A stretch of 64,000 nt of DNA. Source: Actinomycetota bacterium (lineage in GTDB: Bacteria > Actinomycetota > UBA4738). Shown piece by piece: positions 1 through 10,955 of the stretch (position 1 is the stretch's first letter; each line of letters begins with the position of its first letter). The notes under the pieces are model-generated. The model did no database searches and was not told the DNA's origin. It saw only the letters and a list, made by a program, of their open reading frames with translations. The DNA lies in the NCBI GenBank assembly GCA_036406615.1, contig DASXAQ010000103.1, positions 4,574-68,573 of the forward strand, in the 5' to 3' direction. The translations under genes were made by a program, and so were the position numbers.

Positions 1-1
1 A

Positions 2-205
2 CGCGCGCGGGCTCGCGCGCTGGCCGGCGGCCAGGGCGCGGGCGGCGCCTCCACGGGCGCGCTCATCACCGACTCCCGTGAGATGGAGGCGGGCGGCCCG
101 GCGGTCCCGGCGGTGCCGGAGGCGCCGAAGGAGCAGCCCGGCCGTCCGCAGCAGCGCCGGCCCGGCGGCCGTCCCGGCCCCGGCCGTCCGCGAGGAAGGT
201 CCTGA
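2..205 (+). CDS. rpsC: 30S ribosomal protein S3, C-terminal fragment (start lies upstream of the window)
   Basis: Same frame as rplP, ends at TGA 203-205 with a Gly/Pro/Arg-rich tail ...[28 protein letters not shown]. Sits immediately 5' of rplP, as in the S10/spc operon. Identity rests on position and tail composition only. Confidence 0.5.
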   Translation, partial: RARARALAGGQGAGGASTGALITDSREMEAGGPAVPAVPEAPKEQPGRPQQRRPGGRPGPGRPRGRS

Positions 206-208
206 CCG

Positions 209-631
209 ATGCTGGCGCCGAAGAAGATCAAGCACCGCAAGCAGCACCGGGGCCGGATGCGCGGCCGCGCCAAGGGCGGCACCGAGGTGCACTTCGGCGA
301 CTACGGCCTGCTCGCCCTGGAGCCGGGTTGGATCACCAACCGCCAGATCGAGGCGGCCCGTGTCGCGATGACCCGCCACATCCGCCGCGGCGGCAAGGTG
401 TGGATCAACATCTTCCCCGACAAGTCGTACACGAAGAAGCCGGCCGAGACCCGCATGGGCTCGGGCAAGGGCAACCCGGAGGGCTGGGTCGCGGTCGTCA
501 AGCCCGGACGCGTGATGTTCGAGCTGTCCGGGGTGACCGAGACCATGGCCCGCGAGGCCATCCTTCGGGCCGCCCACAAGCTGCCCATCAAGACGAAGTT
601 CGTGACTCGCGCGGGAATGGAGAGCTCATGA
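209..631 (+). CDS. rplP: 50S ribosomal protein L16
   Basis: Translation [16 protein letters not shown]...[49 protein letters not shown] is the canonical L16 sequence. Confidence 0.95.
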   Translation: MLAPKKIKHRKQHRGRMRGRAKGGTEVHFGDYGLLALEPGWITNRQIEAARVAMTRHIRRGGKVWINIFPDKSYTKKPAETRMGSGKGNPEGWVAVVKPGRVMFELSGVTETMAREAILRAAHKLPIKTKFVTRAGMESS

Positions 632-996
632 AGCCGGCCGAGCTCCGCGAGATGCCCGACGACGAGCTGATCGCGCGCATGGAGGACATGAAGGAGGAGC
701 TGTTCAACCTCCGCTTCCAGATGGCGACGGGCCAGCTGGACAACCCCATGCGGATCAAGCAGGTCCGCCACGACATCGCCCGGGTCATGACCGTGCTGCG
801 CGACCGCGAGATCGTGGACCTCGACGTCCTGATGGCCCGCGCCGACGCCGAGGCCCTGGAGGAGCGCCGGGCGAAGATCGCCAGCGGCGAGCTGAAGGGC
901 GTGTCGCTCGCCGAGGCCGCCGAGGAGCAGATCATCGAGTCGGAGGCCGCCGCCGGCGCCTCCGCCGTGCCGGACGAAGACGAGGAGCGGCCATGA
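628..996 (+). CDS. rpmC: 50S ribosomal protein L29 with a C-terminal acidic extension
   Basis: [57 protein letters not shown] is the L29 core. Its ATG overlaps the rplP stop (ATGA). The 123-aa product has a ~55-aa Ala/Glu-rich tail. Confidence 0.9.
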   Translation: MKPAELREMPDDELIARMEDMKEELFNLRFQMATGQLDNPMRIKQVRHDIARVMTVLRDREIVDLDVLMARADAEALEERRAKIASGELKGVSLAEAAEEQIIESEAAAGASAVPDEDEERP

Positions 997-1289
997 GCGC
1001 CGAGCAGGCCGGCACCGCCGGGAGCGCGACGGACGGCGGCCGCGGCGCGCGCAAGGTGCGCACCGGCGTGGTTGTGTCCGACGCCATGGACAAGACCGTG
1101 GTCGTTCGCATCGCGTCCTCGGTGCGCCATCCGCTGTACGGCAAGATCGTGCGCCGCTCCACCAAGCTCAAGGCCCACGACGAGGCCGGCGACGCGCACG
1201 TGGGCGACACGGTTCGCATCGCCGAGACCCGTCCGCTGTCCAAGACCAAGCGCTGGCGCGTGGTCGAGGTCGTGGAGCGGGCCAAGTGA
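993..1289 (+). CDS. rpsQ: 30S ribosomal protein S17
   Basis: [44 protein letters not shown]...RWRVVEV is the S17 signature. Confidence 0.95.
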   Translation: MSAEQAGTAGSATDGGRGARKVRTGVVVSDAMDKTVVVRIASSVRHPLYGKIVRRSTKLKAHDEAGDAHVGDTVRIAETRPLSKTKRWRVVEVVERAK

Positions 1290-1308
1290 GCGGACCCGGG
1301 GCGGCTCG

Positions 1309-1677
1309 ATGATCCAGCAGGAGACCCGGTGCAAGGTCGCGGACAACACCGGCGCGAAGGAGGTGCTGTGCATCCGCGTGCTGGGCGGCTCCGGCCGCCG
1401 CTACGCGGGCATCGGCGACGTCATCGTCGCGTCGGTGAAGGAGGCCCTTCCCGGCGGCGGCGTGAAGAAGGGCGAGGTCGTCAAGGCGGTCGTGGTGCGC
1501 ACGGCGAAGGAGCGCCGGCGCCCCGACGGCTCGTACATCAAGTTCGACGAGAACGCGGTGGTGCTGATCAACGATCAGCGCAGCCCGCGCGGGACCCGCA
1601 TCTTCGGCCCCGTGGCGAGAGAGCTGCGCGAGAAGCGGTTCATGAAGATCATTTCGCTTGCGCCAGAGGTGCTTTGA
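1309..1677 (+). CDS. rplN: 50S ribosomal protein L14
   Basis: [46 protein letters not shown]... is near-invariant L14 sequence. Confidence 0.97.
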   Translation: MIQQETRCKVADNTGAKEVLCIRVLGGSGRRYAGIGDVIVASVKEALPGGGVKKGEVVKAVVVRTAKERRRPDGSYIKFDENAVVLINDQRSPRGTRIFGPVARELREKRFMKIISLAPEVL

Positions 1678-1678
1678 G

Positions 1679-1996
1679 ATGTCAACGGGCGTGAACATCC
1701 GCAAGGGCGACGAGGTCATGGTGATCGCGGGCAAGGACCGCGGTCGCACCGGCCGCGTCGTGAACGTGCTGCCACGCAAGAACCGGGTGATGATCGAGGG
1801 GATCGGCCGTGCCAAGCGCCACGCCCGGCCCTCGAAGAGGAACCAGCAGGGCGGCATCATGGACATCGAACTGTTCATCGACCTGTCGAACGTGCAGGTC
1901 GTGTGCAAGCACTGCGGCAAGCCCACGCGGGTGGGCCACCGCATCGAGGACGGCGTCAACGCCCGGATCTGCCGCCGGTGCGAAGGCGAGCTGTAG
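1679..1996 (+). CDS. rplX: 50S ribosomal protein L24
   Basis: [42 protein letters not shown] contains the KOW motif. Gene position follows rplN. Confidence 0.93.
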   Translation: MSTGVNIRKGDEVMVIAGKDRGRTGRVVNVLPRKNRVMIEGIGRAKRHARPSKRNQQGGIMDIELFIDLSNVQVVCKHCGKPTRVGHRIEDGVNARICRRCEGEL

Positions 1997-2005
1997 GGAG
2001 CCGAA

Positions 2006-2716
2006 GTGACGGACCAGGACGACACGCAGATCGAAGCCGGCGAGGCACAGGTCGACGCGGCCGACGACGGCGCCGGATCCGGCGCCGCGGACGCGGGCGC
2101 GACGAAGGCCGCCAAGGCGCCGAAGCGCGCGCCCGAGCCTGCGCCGCCGCCGCGGCTGAAGCAGCGCTACCAGCAGGAGATCCTGCCCCGGCTCCAGCGG
2201 GAGCTCGAGCTGTCCAACCCGATGCGCGTGCCGCGCCTGGTCAAGATCGTCGTGAACATGGGCGTGGGCGAAGCCGTGCGGGACTCCAAGCTGCTGGACT
2301 CCGCCGTCGAGGACCTCGGGATCATCACCGGCCAGAAGGCCGCCGTCACGAAGGCCCGCAAGTCCATCGCGAACTTCAAGCTGCGCGAGGGGATGTCGAT
2401 CGGGGCGCGGGTGACGCTGCGGGGCGCCCGCATGTGGGAGTTCCTCGACCGCCTGCTGTCGACGGCGCTGCCGCGCATCCGCGACTTCCGCGGGCTGAAC
2501 CCGCGCGCGTTCGACGGCCACGGCAACTACACGCTGGGCGTCACCGAGCAGCTGATCTTCCCGGAGATCGACTACGACAAGGTCGCGAAGGTCCGCGGGA
2601 TGGACATCACGATCGTGACGACGGCCGCCGACGACGACGAGGGGCGGGCGCTGCTGCGCGCGCTCGGGATGCCGTTCGCCGGCATGGAGGCCGTGAGCGC
2701 GGCCGCGGCCCGGTAG
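2006..2716 (+). CDS. rplE: 50S ribosomal protein L5 with an acidic N-terminal extension
   Basis: [40 protein letters not shown]...FPEIDYDKV matches L5. A ~50-aa Asp/Ala-rich N-terminal extension precedes the conserved core. Confidence 0.93.
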   Translation: MTDQDDTQIEAGEAQVDAADDGAGSGAADAGATKAAKAPKRAPEPAPPPRLKQRYQQEILPRLQRELELSNPMRVPRLVKIVVNMGVGEAVRDSKLLDSAVEDLGIITGQKAAVTKARKSIANFKLREGMSIGARVTLRGARMWEFLDRLLSTALPRIRDFRGLNPRAFDGHGNYTLGVTEQLIFPEIDYDKVAKVRGMDITIVTTAADDDEGRALLRALGMPFAGMEAVSAAAAR

Positions 2717-2750
2717 GCTAGACGGCCCCGAAGACACCGAGGACAGACGA

Positions 2751-2936
2751 ATGGCGAAGAAGGCACTGGTCAACAAGCAGCGAGGGCGCGCCAAGTTCCG
2801 CGTACGCACGTACACGCGGTGCCGGCGGTGCGGGCGCCCCCGCGCCGTGCTTCGCCGGTTCATGCTGTGCCGGATCTGTTTCCGGGAGCTGGCCCACGCG
2901 GGCGAGATCCCGGGCGTCACGAAGGCGTCGTGGTGA
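2751..2936 (+). CDS. rpsZ: 30S ribosomal protein S14 type Z (zinc-binding)
   Basis: 61 aa, [61 protein letters not shown], with two CxxC pairs. Confidence 0.95.
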   Translation: MAKKALVNKQRGRAKFRVRTYTRCRRCGRPRAVLRRFMLCRICFRELAHAGEIPGVTKASW

Positions 2937-2940
2937 TCGC

Positions 2941-3339
2941 ATGGTCATGACCGATCCCATCGCCGACCTGCTCACCAGGATCCGCAACGCGAACATGGCG
3001 TACAAGCTGGACGTCGCGGTGCCCGGCTCAACGCTGAAGCGCCACGTGGTCGACATCCTGGCGCGCGAGGGCTTCGTCCAGGGCGTCGAGCAGGAGCAGG
3101 ACGGCCCGCGCTCGACCATCACGGTGACGCTGAAGTACGGCCCGAATCGCGAGCGCACGATCACCGGGATCAAGCGCGTGTCCAAGCCCGGCAAGCGCGT
3201 GTACGTGGGGCGCGACGAGATCCCGAAAGTGCTCGGCGGGCTCGGCATCGCCATCCTGTCCACCTCCCAGGGCGTCATCACCGACCGCCAGGCCCGCAAG
3301 CAGGGCGTCGGCGGCGAAGTCCTGGCCTACGTCTGGTAG
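2941..3339 (+). CDS. rpsH: 30S ribosomal protein S8
   Basis: [44 protein letters not shown] matches S8. The start could instead be the ATG at 2947. Confidence 0.95.
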   Translation: MVMTDPIADLLTRIRNANMAYKLDVAVPGSTLKRHVVDILAREGFVQGVEQEQDGPRSTITVTLKYGPNRERTITGIKRVSKPGKRVYVGRDEIPKVLGGLGIAILSTSQGVITDRQARKQGVGGEVLAYVW

Positions 3340-3347
3340 CCAACGAG

Positions 3348-3893
3348 ATGTCGCGGATCGGCAAGCAGCCCATCGAGATCCCCTCCGGCGTGGAGGTGAC
3401 GATCGACGGCACGCGCGTGGCCGTGAAGGGCCCGCGCGGCTCGCTGGAGCGCACCCTGCATGCGGACATGATCGTGCGCCGCGAGGACGGGACCGTGGTG
3501 GTGGAGCGCCCGAGCGACGAGCGGCTGCACCGCTCCCTGCACGGCCTCACCCGCACGCTCGTGGCCAACATGGTCCAGGGCGTGACCGACGGGTACGAGA
3601 AGCGGCTGGAGATCGTCGGCGTCGGCTACCGCGCGGCCATGAAGGGCAACGACCTCGAGCTGGCGCTGGGGTTCTCGCACCCAGTGAACGTCGCCGCACC
3701 GTCGGGCATCGAGTTCGAGGTGCCGGCCCCCAACCGCATCACGGTGCGGGGCATCGACAAGGAGCTGGTCGGCGAGGTCGCGGCGAACATCCGCAAGATC
3801 CGAAAGCCGGAGCCGTACAAGGGCAAGGGCATCCGCTACGAAGGGGAGTACGTGCGAAAGAAGGCCGGCAAGGCCGCCAAGGGAGCCGCGTGA
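3348..3893 (+). CDS. rplF: 50S ribosomal protein L6
   Basis: [37 protein letters not shown]... matches L6. Confidence 0.95.
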   Translation: MSRIGKQPIEIPSGVEVTIDGTRVAVKGPRGSLERTLHADMIVRREDGTVVVERPSDERLHRSLHGLTRTLVANMVQGVTDGYEKRLEIVGVGYRAAMKGNDLELALGFSHPVNVAAPSGIEFEVPAPNRITVRGIDKELVGEVAANIRKIRKPEPYKGKGIRYEGEYVRKKAGKAAKGAA

Positions 3894-4237
3894 TGGCGGG
3901 CCAGCTCACCCGCGAGGCGCGCATCCGCCGCCACCGCCGCGTCCGGCGCAAGGTCTCGGGCACGTCGGAGCGCCCGCGCCTGGCCGTGTTCCGTTCGAAC
4001 CGGCACATCTACGCGCAGCTCATCGACGACGCGGCCGGCCGCACCGTGGCCTCGGCGTCGGACGAGAACGGAGCCGGCGACAAGACGGCGCGGGCCACGG
4101 CCGTCGGCAAGACCCTGGCCGAGCGCGCGAAGGCGGCCGGCATCGACCGCGCGGTCTTCGATCGCGGAGGACGCCTGTACCACGGCCGCGTGCGCGCGCT
4201 GGCCGAGGGGGCGCGTGAGGGAGGCCTGAGGATTTGA
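3890..4237 (+). CDS. rplR: 50S ribosomal protein L18
   Basis: [37 protein letters not shown]...[20 protein letters not shown] matches L18. Confidence 0.95.
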   Translation: MMAGQLTREARIRRHRRVRRKVSGTSERPRLAVFRSNRHIYAQLIDDAAGRTVASASDENGAGDKTARATAVGKTLAERAKAAGIDRAVFDRGGRLYHGRVRALAEGAREGGLRI

Positions 4238-4833
4238 GGCGGTACGACAGCGCAGCCGAGCGAAGCCCATACGAGGAGCGGGTGGTCTCGATCAACCGCG
4301 TCGCCAAGGTGGTCAAGGGCGGCCGGCGGTTCAGCTTCACGGCCCTGGTCGTCGTCGGGGACGGCGCCGGCCGGGTCGGCGTGGGTCACGGAAAGGCCAA
4401 GGAGGTGCCCACCGCCATCCAGAAGGGCGTCGAGGAGGCGAAGAAGGGGATGTTCGAGGTCCCGCTGATGGGCTCGACGATCCCGCACGAGGTGACCGGC
4501 GAGGACGGGGCCGGAAGGGTCCTGCTCAAGCCGGCCGCACCCGGGACCGGCGTCATCGCCGGCGGCCCGGTGCGGGCCGTGGTCGAGGCCGCCGGCATCA
4601 AGGACATCCTGTCGAAGTCGCTCGGCTCGTCGAACCCGATCAACATCGTGCACGCCGCCATCTCGGGCCTGCGCGACCTGAAGCGTCCGCACGAGATCGC
4701 GGTGCTTCGCGGGCGCGAGGTGCACGAGATCGCGCCGCGGCCGATGCTGGACGCCCTCGAGGAGGCGAAGGTCGCGAGCGCCGCCAAGCGCATCGAGCTC
4801 GGCCTGCAGGAGAACCCCGATGCCGAGGCTTAG
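4234..4833 (+). CDS. rpsE: 30S ribosomal protein S5
   Basis: [56 protein letters not shown] matches S5. Confidence 0.95.
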   Translation: MRRYDSAAERSPYEERVVSINRVAKVVKGGRRFSFTALVVVGDGAGRVGVGHGKAKEVPTAIQKGVEEAKKGMFEVPLMGSTIPHEVTGEDGAGRVLLKPAAPGTGVIAGGPVRAVVEAAGIKDILSKSLGSSNPINIVHAAISGLRDLKRPHEIAVLRGREVHEIAPRPMLDALEEAKVASAAKRIELGLQENPDAEA

Positions 4834-5005
4834 GATCACCCAGACGCGAAGCGTCATCGACCGGCCCAGGGAGCAGAAGGCGACGGTACGCGCCCTCGGG
4901 CTGCACCGGATCCGCGACTCCGTGGTCAAGGACGACCGGCCCGAGATCCGCGGCATGATCGAACGCGTCCGTCACCTGGTGTCGGTGGAGGAGGTCGACG
5001 CATGA
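4820..5005 (+). CDS. rpmD: 50S ribosomal protein L30
   Basis: [36 protein letters not shown] matches L30. Confidence 0.92.
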   Translation: MPRLRITQTRSVIDRPREQKATVRALGLHRIRDSVVKDDRPEIRGMIERVRHLVSVEEVDA

Positions 5006-5448
5006 AGCTGCATCATCTGCGTCCGGCGAAGGGCTCGTCGCGCCCGCGCAAGCGCGTGGGTCGCGGCCGCGCGGCCGGCCAGGGCAAGACGGCCGGCCGT
5101 GGGACCAAGGGCTGGGGCGCCCGGCACACCCCGAAGCTCGGCTTCGAGGGCGGCCAGATGCCGCTGCAGCGCCGGGTCCCGAAGCTCAAGGGCTTCACCA
5201 ACCCCAACCGCGTGGAGTTCGCCGTGGTCAACGTGCACCGGCTGGGGAACGCCTTCGACGCCGGTGCGGAAGTCACGCCTCAGTCGCTGCGCGACCGTGG
5301 TCTGGTCAAGGGGCGCCTGCCGGTGAAGATCCTCGGCCAGGGCGAGCTCGGGCACGCGCTGACCGTGCGCGCGCACGCCGTCTCCGGGACCGCGCGGGCG
5401 AAGATCGAGCAGGCTGGCGGCACCGTCGAGCTGCTGGGCGGACGGTAG
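5002..5448 (+). CDS. rplO: 50S ribosomal protein L15
   Basis: [37 protein letters not shown]... matches L15. Confidence 0.95.
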   Translation: MKLHHLRPAKGSSRPRKRVGRGRAAGQGKTAGRGTKGWGARHTPKLGFEGGQMPLQRRVPKLKGFTNPNRVEFAVVNVHRLGNAFDAGAEVTPQSLRDRGLVKGRLPVKILGQGELGHALTVRAHAVSGTARAKIEQAGGTVELLGGR

Positions 5449-5490
5449 ACTGAGGGGGCTCGTCGGCCCGAATCCGGAGGCAGCCGTCAG

Positions 5491-6765
5491 GTGCTAAGGG
5501 CGTTCGTCAACGCGTTCAAGATCCCGGACCTTCGCAAGAAGATCCTGTTCACGCTGTTCATCATCGCGATCTTCCGGCTCGGCTCCCACATCCCCGCCCC
5601 GGGCATCGACGTCGGCAAGCTGTCGCAGGAGTTCCAGCAGGCGGGCAGCCAGAGCGTCCTGCAGTTCATCGACCTGTTCTCCGGCGGGTCGCTGACGCGG
5701 TTCGCCGTGTTCTCGCTCGGCATCATGCCGTACATCACCAGCTCGATCATCATGCAGCTGCTCACGGTCGTGATCCCGCGCCTCGAGCAGTGGCAGCGCC
5801 AGGGCGAGATCGGCATCAAGAAGATCACCCAGTGGACGCGCTACATGACTGTCACGCTGGCGCTGCTGCAGTCGACCGGCCTGGTGTTCCTGTTCCAGAA
5901 CTCGTTCCAGATCATGAAGCCCGGCACGTTCAACGCCCCGCACATCGCGCTGATCGTGCTGACCCTCACGGCCGGGACCGCCATGATCATGTGGCTCGGC
6001 GAGCTGATCACCCAGCGGGGGATCGGAAACGGGATGTCGATCCTGATCTTCACCAGCGTGATCTCCCGGCTGCCGGCCGAGGGGCTCGCGATCATGCAGC
6101 AGGGCGGCGCCGCGAAGTTCTACTTCTTCCTGGCCATGGGCGTCGGCATCGTGTTCGCCGTCGTCTACATGGAGCAGGGCCAGCGCCGCATCCCGGTGCA
6201 GTACGCCAAGCGCATCGTCGGGCGGCGCCAGACCTCGGGCGGCTCGACGTACATCCCGCTGAAGGTCAACCAGTCCGGCGTGATCCCGATCATCTTCGCG
6301 GCGTCGATCCTGTACTTCCCGAGCCTGCTGGCCAGCGTCATCCACGGCCAGTGGTTCCAGAACTTCGTGAACAACTACATCCTCAACCAGGCGAGCCTGG
6401 TCTACATGCTGATCTACGGCCTGCTCGTGGTGTTCTTCGCGTACTTCTACACCGCGATCGCGTTCGACCCGGTGCGGACCGCCGACGACATCCGCAAGTA
6501 CGGCGGTTTCATCCCGGGCATCCGCCCGGGCCGGCCGACGGCCGAGTACCTGGCGAACGTGCTGAACCGGATCACCCTTCCCGGTTCGCTGTTCCTGGCG
6601 GCCATCGCGCTGCTGCCGTCGATCTTCCTGTCGATCTGGCACATCCAGTCCTTCCCGTTCGGCGGCACCAGCATCCTGATCACGGTCGGGGTCGCGCTGG
6701 AGACGATGAAGCAGGTCGAGTCCCAGCTGCTGATGCGCCACTACGAAGGGTTCCTGCGCTCGTGA
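5491..6765 (+). CDS. secY: Preprotein translocase subunit SecY
   Basis: 424-aa polytopic protein, IPDLRKKILFTLFIIAIFRLGSHIPAPGIDV...GGSLTRFAVFSLGIMPYITSSIIMQLL. Exact start codon is uncertain. Confidence 0.93.
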   Translation: MLRAFVNAFKIPDLRKKILFTLFIIAIFRLGSHIPAPGIDVGKLSQEFQQAGSQSVLQFIDLFSGGSLTRFAVFSLGIMPYITSSIIMQLLTVVIPRLEQWQRQGEIGIKKITQWTRYMTVTLALLQSTGLVFLFQNSFQIMKPGTFNAPHIALIVLTLTAGTAMIMWLGELITQRGIGNGMSILIFTSVISRLPAEGLAIMQQGGAAKFYFFLAMGVGIVFAVVYMEQGQRRIPVQYAKRIVGRRQTSGGSTYIPLKVNQSGVIPIIFAASILYFPSLLASVIHGQWFQNFVNNYILNQASLVYMLIYGLLVVFFAYFYTAIAFDPVRTADDIRKYGGFIPGIRPGRPTAEYLANVLNRITLPGSLFLAAIALLPSIFLSIWHIQSFPFGGTSILITVGVALETMKQVESQLLMRHYEGFLRS

Positions 6766-7421
6766 GGCTCGTGCTCCTGGGACCGCCGGGGGCCGGGAAG
6801 GGTACGCAGGCTCACCGTCTCGCCGACCGCTACCAGCTCACGCTGATCGCGACCGGCGACATCTTTCGCTCCCACGTCGCGCACAACACCGAGCTCGGAC
6901 AGGAGGCGCGCCAGTACATGGACGCCGGCGAGCTCGTGCCGGACGACGTGGTCGTGCGCATGGTGACCGGGGCGCTGGCGGAGGCCGGCCGCGGCTTCAT
7001 CCTGGACGGCTTCCCGCGCACGCGCCCGCAGGCCGAAGCGCTCGACCGGGTGCTGGAGGACCTGGCCGCGCCGATCTCGGCGGTGCTGGTGTTCGAGGTG
7101 GACGACGAGACGACGGTCAAGCGCCTGGCCGGGCGGCGGACGTGCCAGCGCTGCCAGCGGACCTACAACGTGGAGTTCAACCCCCCACGTCAGGAGGGGG
7201 TGTGCGACGTGTGCGGTGGCGACCTCGGGCAACGGACGGACGACGAGGAGGCCACCGTGCGCCATCGACTCGAGCTGTATCACGACGTGTCGCAGGCGCT
7301 CACGACGTTCTACGGGCAGCGCGGGCTGGTCCGGGTGGTGGACGCCGACGGGACGCAGGACGAGGTGACCGAGCGCGCCGTGGCCGCGCTGTCCGACCTG
7401 GCGCCGGCTGCGGGGTCGTGA
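6762..7421 (+). CDS. adk: Adenylate kinase
   Basis: GTG start overlaps the secY stop. VRLVLLGPPGAGKGTQA P-loop, a zinc-lid CQRCQRTYN...CDVCGG, and GFPRT motif. Confidence 0.93.
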   Translation: MRLVLLGPPGAGKGTQAHRLADRYQLTLIATGDIFRSHVAHNTELGQEARQYMDAGELVPDDVVVRMVTGALAEAGRGFILDGFPRTRPQAEALDRVLEDLAAPISAVLVFEVDDETTVKRLAGRRTCQRCQRTYNVEFNPPRQEGVCDVCGGDLGQRTDDEEATVRHRLELYHDVSQALTTFYGQRGLVRVVDADGTQDEVTERAVAALSDLAPAAGS

Positions 7422-7434
7422 CGGAGGGGCGCGC

Positions 7435-8247
7435 GTGATCGTCTACAAGTCGCCGGAGGAGCTCGAACGGATGCGCGTGGCCGGCCGCGTCGTGGCCCGG
7501 ACGATCGAGCGGCTGGTCGAAGCGGTGCGGCCGGGGATGACCACCGCCGACCTGGACACGATCGGGGAGCGGAGCATCCGCGACGAGGGATGCGTGCCGT
7601 CGTTCCTGGGCTACCGGGGCTTCCCCGCGTCGATCTGCACCTCGGTGAACCAGGAGGTCGTGCACGGCATCCCCAGTCGCAAGCGCGTGCTCAAGCCGGG
7701 GGACCTGCTGTCGCTGGACGTCGGCGCCATCTGGGAGGGCTACCATGGCGACGCCGCCGTCAGCCTGTTCGTCGGCGGCTCGGCGCCGTCGCCCGAGGCG
7801 GAGACCCTGGTGGAGGTGACCGAGCGGTCGCTGGACGCAGGGATCGGCGCGCTTCGGCCCCGCGGACGTCTGTCGGACGTGGGTCACGCGGTGGAGCAGG
7901 TGGTCGATGCGGCCGGGTTCTCCGTCGTCCGCGAGTACGTCGGGCACGGCGTGGGGCGCGCCCTGCACGAGGATCCGCAGATCCCGAACTACGGCGAGGC
8001 CGGCCGCGGGCCCGCCGCCAAGCCGGGCCTGGTCGTGGCCATCGAGCCGATGGTCAACGCCGGTGGGTGGCGCACGAAGGTCCTGAAGGACGACTGGACG
8101 GTCGTGACGCTCGACGGCAGCCTCTCGGCGCACTTCGAGCACACGCTGGCCGTCACCTCGGAGGGCATCGAGGTGCTCACGGCCCACGGCTACCGTTTCT
8201 CGAAGGCGCCGGCGGGGGACGGCGGGAAGGCCGGGGCTCGGGCCTGA
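7435..8247 (+). CDS. map: Type I methionine aminopeptidase
   Basis: VHGIPSRKRVLKPGDLLSLDVGAIWEGYHGD...HFEHTLAVT metal-ligand motifs. Confidence 0.93.
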   Translation: MIVYKSPEELERMRVAGRVVARTIERLVEAVRPGMTTADLDTIGERSIRDEGCVPSFLGYRGFPASICTSVNQEVVHGIPSRKRVLKPGDLLSLDVGAIWEGYHGDAAVSLFVGGSAPSPEAETLVEVTERSLDAGIGALRPRGRLSDVGHAVEQVVDAAGFSVVREYVGHGVGRALHEDPQIPNYGEAGRGPAAKPGLVVAIEPMVNAGGWRTKVLKDDWTVVTLDGSLSAHFEHTLAVTSEGIEVLTAHGYRFSKAPAGDGGKAGARA

Positions 8248-8374
8248 ACCCCGGCGAACCCGCGCAAATCGGTCACACCGGTAGACGTTTGCGCTGCTCG
8301 CGCCCTATACTTGGCGGTCGGCCTCTGAGGTACCCCTCGAGGTCGCGTTCATTGTCGAGAGGTCATCCCGGAGC

Positions 8375-8593
8375 GTGGCGAAAAAGGATGCAATCGAGGT
8401 CGAGGGCACGGTCGTCGAGCCGTTGCCCAACGCCATGTTTCGGGTGGAATTGGAGAACGGGCACAAGGTCCTGACCCACATCTCCGGCAAGATGCGGATG
8501 CACTACATCCGGATCCTGCCGGGAGACCGGGTGCTCGTGGAGCTGTCGCCCTACGACCTGACCCGGGGCCGGATCGTCTACCGGTACCGGTAG
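8375..8593 (+). CDS. infA: Translation initiation factor IF-1
   Basis: [69 protein letters not shown], with a GTG start. Confidence 0.95.
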   Translation: MAKKDAIEVEGTVVEPLPNAMFRVELENGHKVLTHISGKMRMHYIRILPGDRVLVELSPYDLTRGRIVYRYR

Positions 8594-8629
8594 CGGGCGG
8601 ATCACCGGGCCGAGCACGGGAAGGTATCG

Positions 8630-8743
8630 ATGAAGGTTCGTCCGTCGGTCAAGAAGATGTGCGAGAAGTGCAAGCTGATCCGCCGAAACGGCGTGGTCAT
8701 GGTCATCTGCACGAACCCGCGGCACAAGCAGCGGCAGGGCTAG
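8630..8743 (+). CDS. rpmJ: 50S ribosomal protein L36
   Basis: Read directly from the DNA, since it is too short for the ORF track: [37 protein letters not shown], with the CxxC...C...H zinc ribbon. Confidence 0.93.
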   Translation: MKVRPSVKKMCEKCKLIRRNGVVMVICTNPRHKQRQG

Positions 8744-8752
8744 GAGGCGGCA

Positions 8753-9130
8753 GTGGCTCGGATCGCAGGCGTCGACCTTCCGCGCGACAAGCGCGTGGAC
8801 GTCGCCCTTCGCTACATCTACGGCATCGGATCGACCCGGGCGCGGCTCACCGTCGACGGGCTCGGCCTTGACGGCGGCCGCAAGGTCCGCGACCTGACCG
8901 AGGAGGAGGTCGTCCGGATCCGCGACTGGATCGACGGCAACTACAAGGTCGAGGGCGACCTTCGCCGCGACGTCGCGCAGGACATCAAGCGCAAGATCGA
9001 GATCGGCGCGTACCAGGGCATCCGGCACCGCCGGAGCCTCCCGGTCCGGGGACAGCGCACGCACACCAACGCCAGGACGCGCAAGGGGCCGAAGAAGACG
9101 GTCGGCGTCAAGCGCAAGAAAGGCAAGTAA
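8753..9130 (+). CDS. rpsM: 30S ribosomal protein S13
   Basis: [30 protein letters not shown]... matches S13. Confidence 0.95.
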   Translation: MARIAGVDLPRDKRVDVALRYIYGIGSTRARLTVDGLGLDGGRKVRDLTEEEVVRIRDWIDGNYKVEGDLRRDVAQDIKRKIEIGAYQGIRHRRSLPVRGQRTHTNARTRKGPKKTVGVKRKKGK

Positions 9131-9141
9131 GGGGATAGCCG

Positions 9142-9534
9142 GTGGCCAAGCCGAAGACCAAGAAGCCGCGGCGGCGGGAGAAGAAGAACATCGCCCACGG
9201 CCAGGCCCACATCAAGTCCACGTTCAACAACACCATCATCACGATCACGGACCTGGACGGGAACACGATCTCGTGGGCCAGCGCCGGCAACGTCGGCTTC
9301 AAGGGATCCCGAAAGTCCACGCCGTTCGCGGCGCAGCTGGCCGCGGAGGCTGCCGCCCGCCGCGCGCAGGAACACGGCCTGCTGAAGGTCGACGTGTTCG
9401 TCAAGGGACCGGGGTCGGGCCGCGAGACGGCCATCCGGTCGCTCGCGGCGACGGGTCTCGAGATCCTGGGCATCCAGGATGTGACGCCCGTTCCGCACAA
9501 CGGCTGCCGCCCGCGCAAGCGGCGGCGCGTCTAG
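9142..9534 (+). CDS. rpsK: 30S ribosomal protein S11
   Basis: [48 protein letters not shown] matches S11. Confidence 0.95.
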   Translation: MAKPKTKKPRRREKKNIAHGQAHIKSTFNNTIITITDLDGNTISWASAGNVGFKGSRKSTPFAAQLAAEAAARRAQEHGLLKVDVFVKGPGSGRETAIRSLAATGLEILGIQDVTPVPHNGCRPRKRRRV

Positions 9535-9629
9535 CACCACGCACCAACCCCGCCCGCGAAGGCGCGCGGCGGGAGGAACACACGAGGCGGGGCAGGAGTG
9601 GATGATCCCCCGCCAAGGAGGGAACGAAC

Positions 9630-10559
9630 GTGCTCATCGTCGCAAGACCCGAGATCCAGGAAGAGTCCATCTCGCCCACGCGCTCGAAGTTCGTCGTCGA
9701 GCCCCTCGAGCCGGGCTTCGGCTACACGCTCGGCAACGCGCTTCGCAGGACCCTGCTGTCGTCGATCCCCGGCGCGGCCATCTCCTCGGTGAAGATCGAG
9801 GGTGTGCTGCACGAGTTCTCGACGATCCCGAAGGTCACCGAGGACGTCACCGACATCATCCTGAACCTCAAGCAGCTGGTGATCCGCTCCGAGGTGGACG
9901 AGCCCGTGTCGGCGTACCTGCGCGTCAAGGGCCCGGCCACCGTGACGGCCGGCGACATCCAGCCGCCCTCGGGCGTCGAGATCCTCAACGGGGACCTGCA
10001 CATCGCCTCGCTCGGCAAGGGCGCGAACCTCGAGCTCGAGCTGGTGGTCGAGCGCGGCGTCGGCTACGTCACGGCGGAGCGCAACAAGAACCCGCGCGAC
10101 CCGATCGGCGTGATCCCGGTCGACTCGATCTACTCGCCGGTGCGGCGCGTCACGTACGCCGTCGAGAACACGCGCGTCGAACAGATGACCGACCGCGACC
10201 GCCTGATCCTGGACGTCGAGACCAACGGCGCCATCTCGCCGAAGGAGGCCATGGCGTCGGCCGGTAACACGTTGGCCGAGCTGGTCAACCTGTTCTCGGA
10301 CCTGGCGGAGAGCGACCACGTGCGCGTCGGTCCGGCCGCCGTCGAGCCGCCGCAGGGCGATCTGGCGCTCACGATCGAGGAGCTCAACCTGTCGGTGCGC
10401 TCCTACAACTGCCTCAAGCGCGAGGGCATCAACACGGTCGGCGACCTCATCCAGAAGTCCGAGCAGGAACTGATGGACATCCGCAACTTCGGCCAGAAGT
10501 CCATCGACGAGGTGAAGGCCAAGCTCGACGAGCTCGGCCTCGGGCTGCGGGAGGACTAG
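9630..10559 (+). CDS. rpoA: DNA-directed RNA polymerase subunit alpha
   Basis: 309 aa with N-terminal domain [31 protein letters not shown] and C-terminal domain [20 protein letters not shown]. Confidence 0.95.
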   Translation: MLIVARPEIQEESISPTRSKFVVEPLEPGFGYTLGNALRRTLLSSIPGAAISSVKIEGVLHEFSTIPKVTEDVTDIILNLKQLVIRSEVDEPVSAYLRVKGPATVTAGDIQPPSGVEILNGDLHIASLGKGANLELELVVERGVGYVTAERNKNPRDPIGVIPVDSIYSPVRRVTYAVENTRVEQMTDRDRLILDVETNGAISPKEAMASAGNTLAELVNLFSDLAESDHVRVGPAAVEPPQGDLALTIEELNLSVRSYNCLKREGINTVGDLIQKSEQELMDIRNFGQKSIDEVKAKLDELGLGLRED

Positions 10560-10943
10560 ATGCCGAGGCCCCGACGAGGCCCGCGCCTGGGCAGCGGTCC
10601 CGCCCACGAGCGCCTGATGCTGGGAGGCCTTGCGGCGCAGCTGTTCACGCACGAGAAGGTCCGTACGACCGAGGCGAAGGCCAAGGCGCTGCGGCCGCTG
10701 GCGGAGCACCTGATCACGTTCGCGAAGCGCGCCCAGGGCGAGGACGCCAACTCGGTGCACCTTCGCCGCCAGGTGCTGAGGACGATCCCGGACCGCGACG
10801 TGGTCCACAAGCTGTTCTCGGAGATCGGCCCCCGTTACGAGGAGCGCGAGGGCGGCTACACGCGGATCCTGAAGCTCGGCCAGCGCAAGGGCGACGGGGC
10901 GCCGATGGCCATCATCGAGCTGCTCGGCGAGGACGAGGGCTAG
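10560..10943 (+). CDS. rplQ: 50S ribosomal protein L17
   Basis: [49 protein letters not shown] matches L17. Confidence 0.95.
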   Translation: MPRPRRGPRLGSGPAHERLMLGGLAAQLFTHEKVRTTEAKAKALRPLAEHLITFAKRAQGEDANSVHLRRQVLRTIPDRDVVHKLFSEIGPRYEEREGGYTRILKLGQRKGDGAPMAIIELLGEDEG

Positions 10944-10955
10944 CCAGCGCCGAGG

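Noticed and set aside
328-996. 222-aa ORF extending rpmC upstream to 328.
   Set aside because: The 5' part overlaps rplP out of frame and translates to Arg/Gly/Pro noise. The real L29 start is the ATG at 628, overlapping the rplP stop.
5790-7421. 543-aa single ORF spanning secY and adk.
   Set aside because: The N-terminal 320 aa is an alternative frame of secY with Arg/Asp/His-rich nonsense. adk begins at the GTG at 6762, with the P-loop immediately after it.
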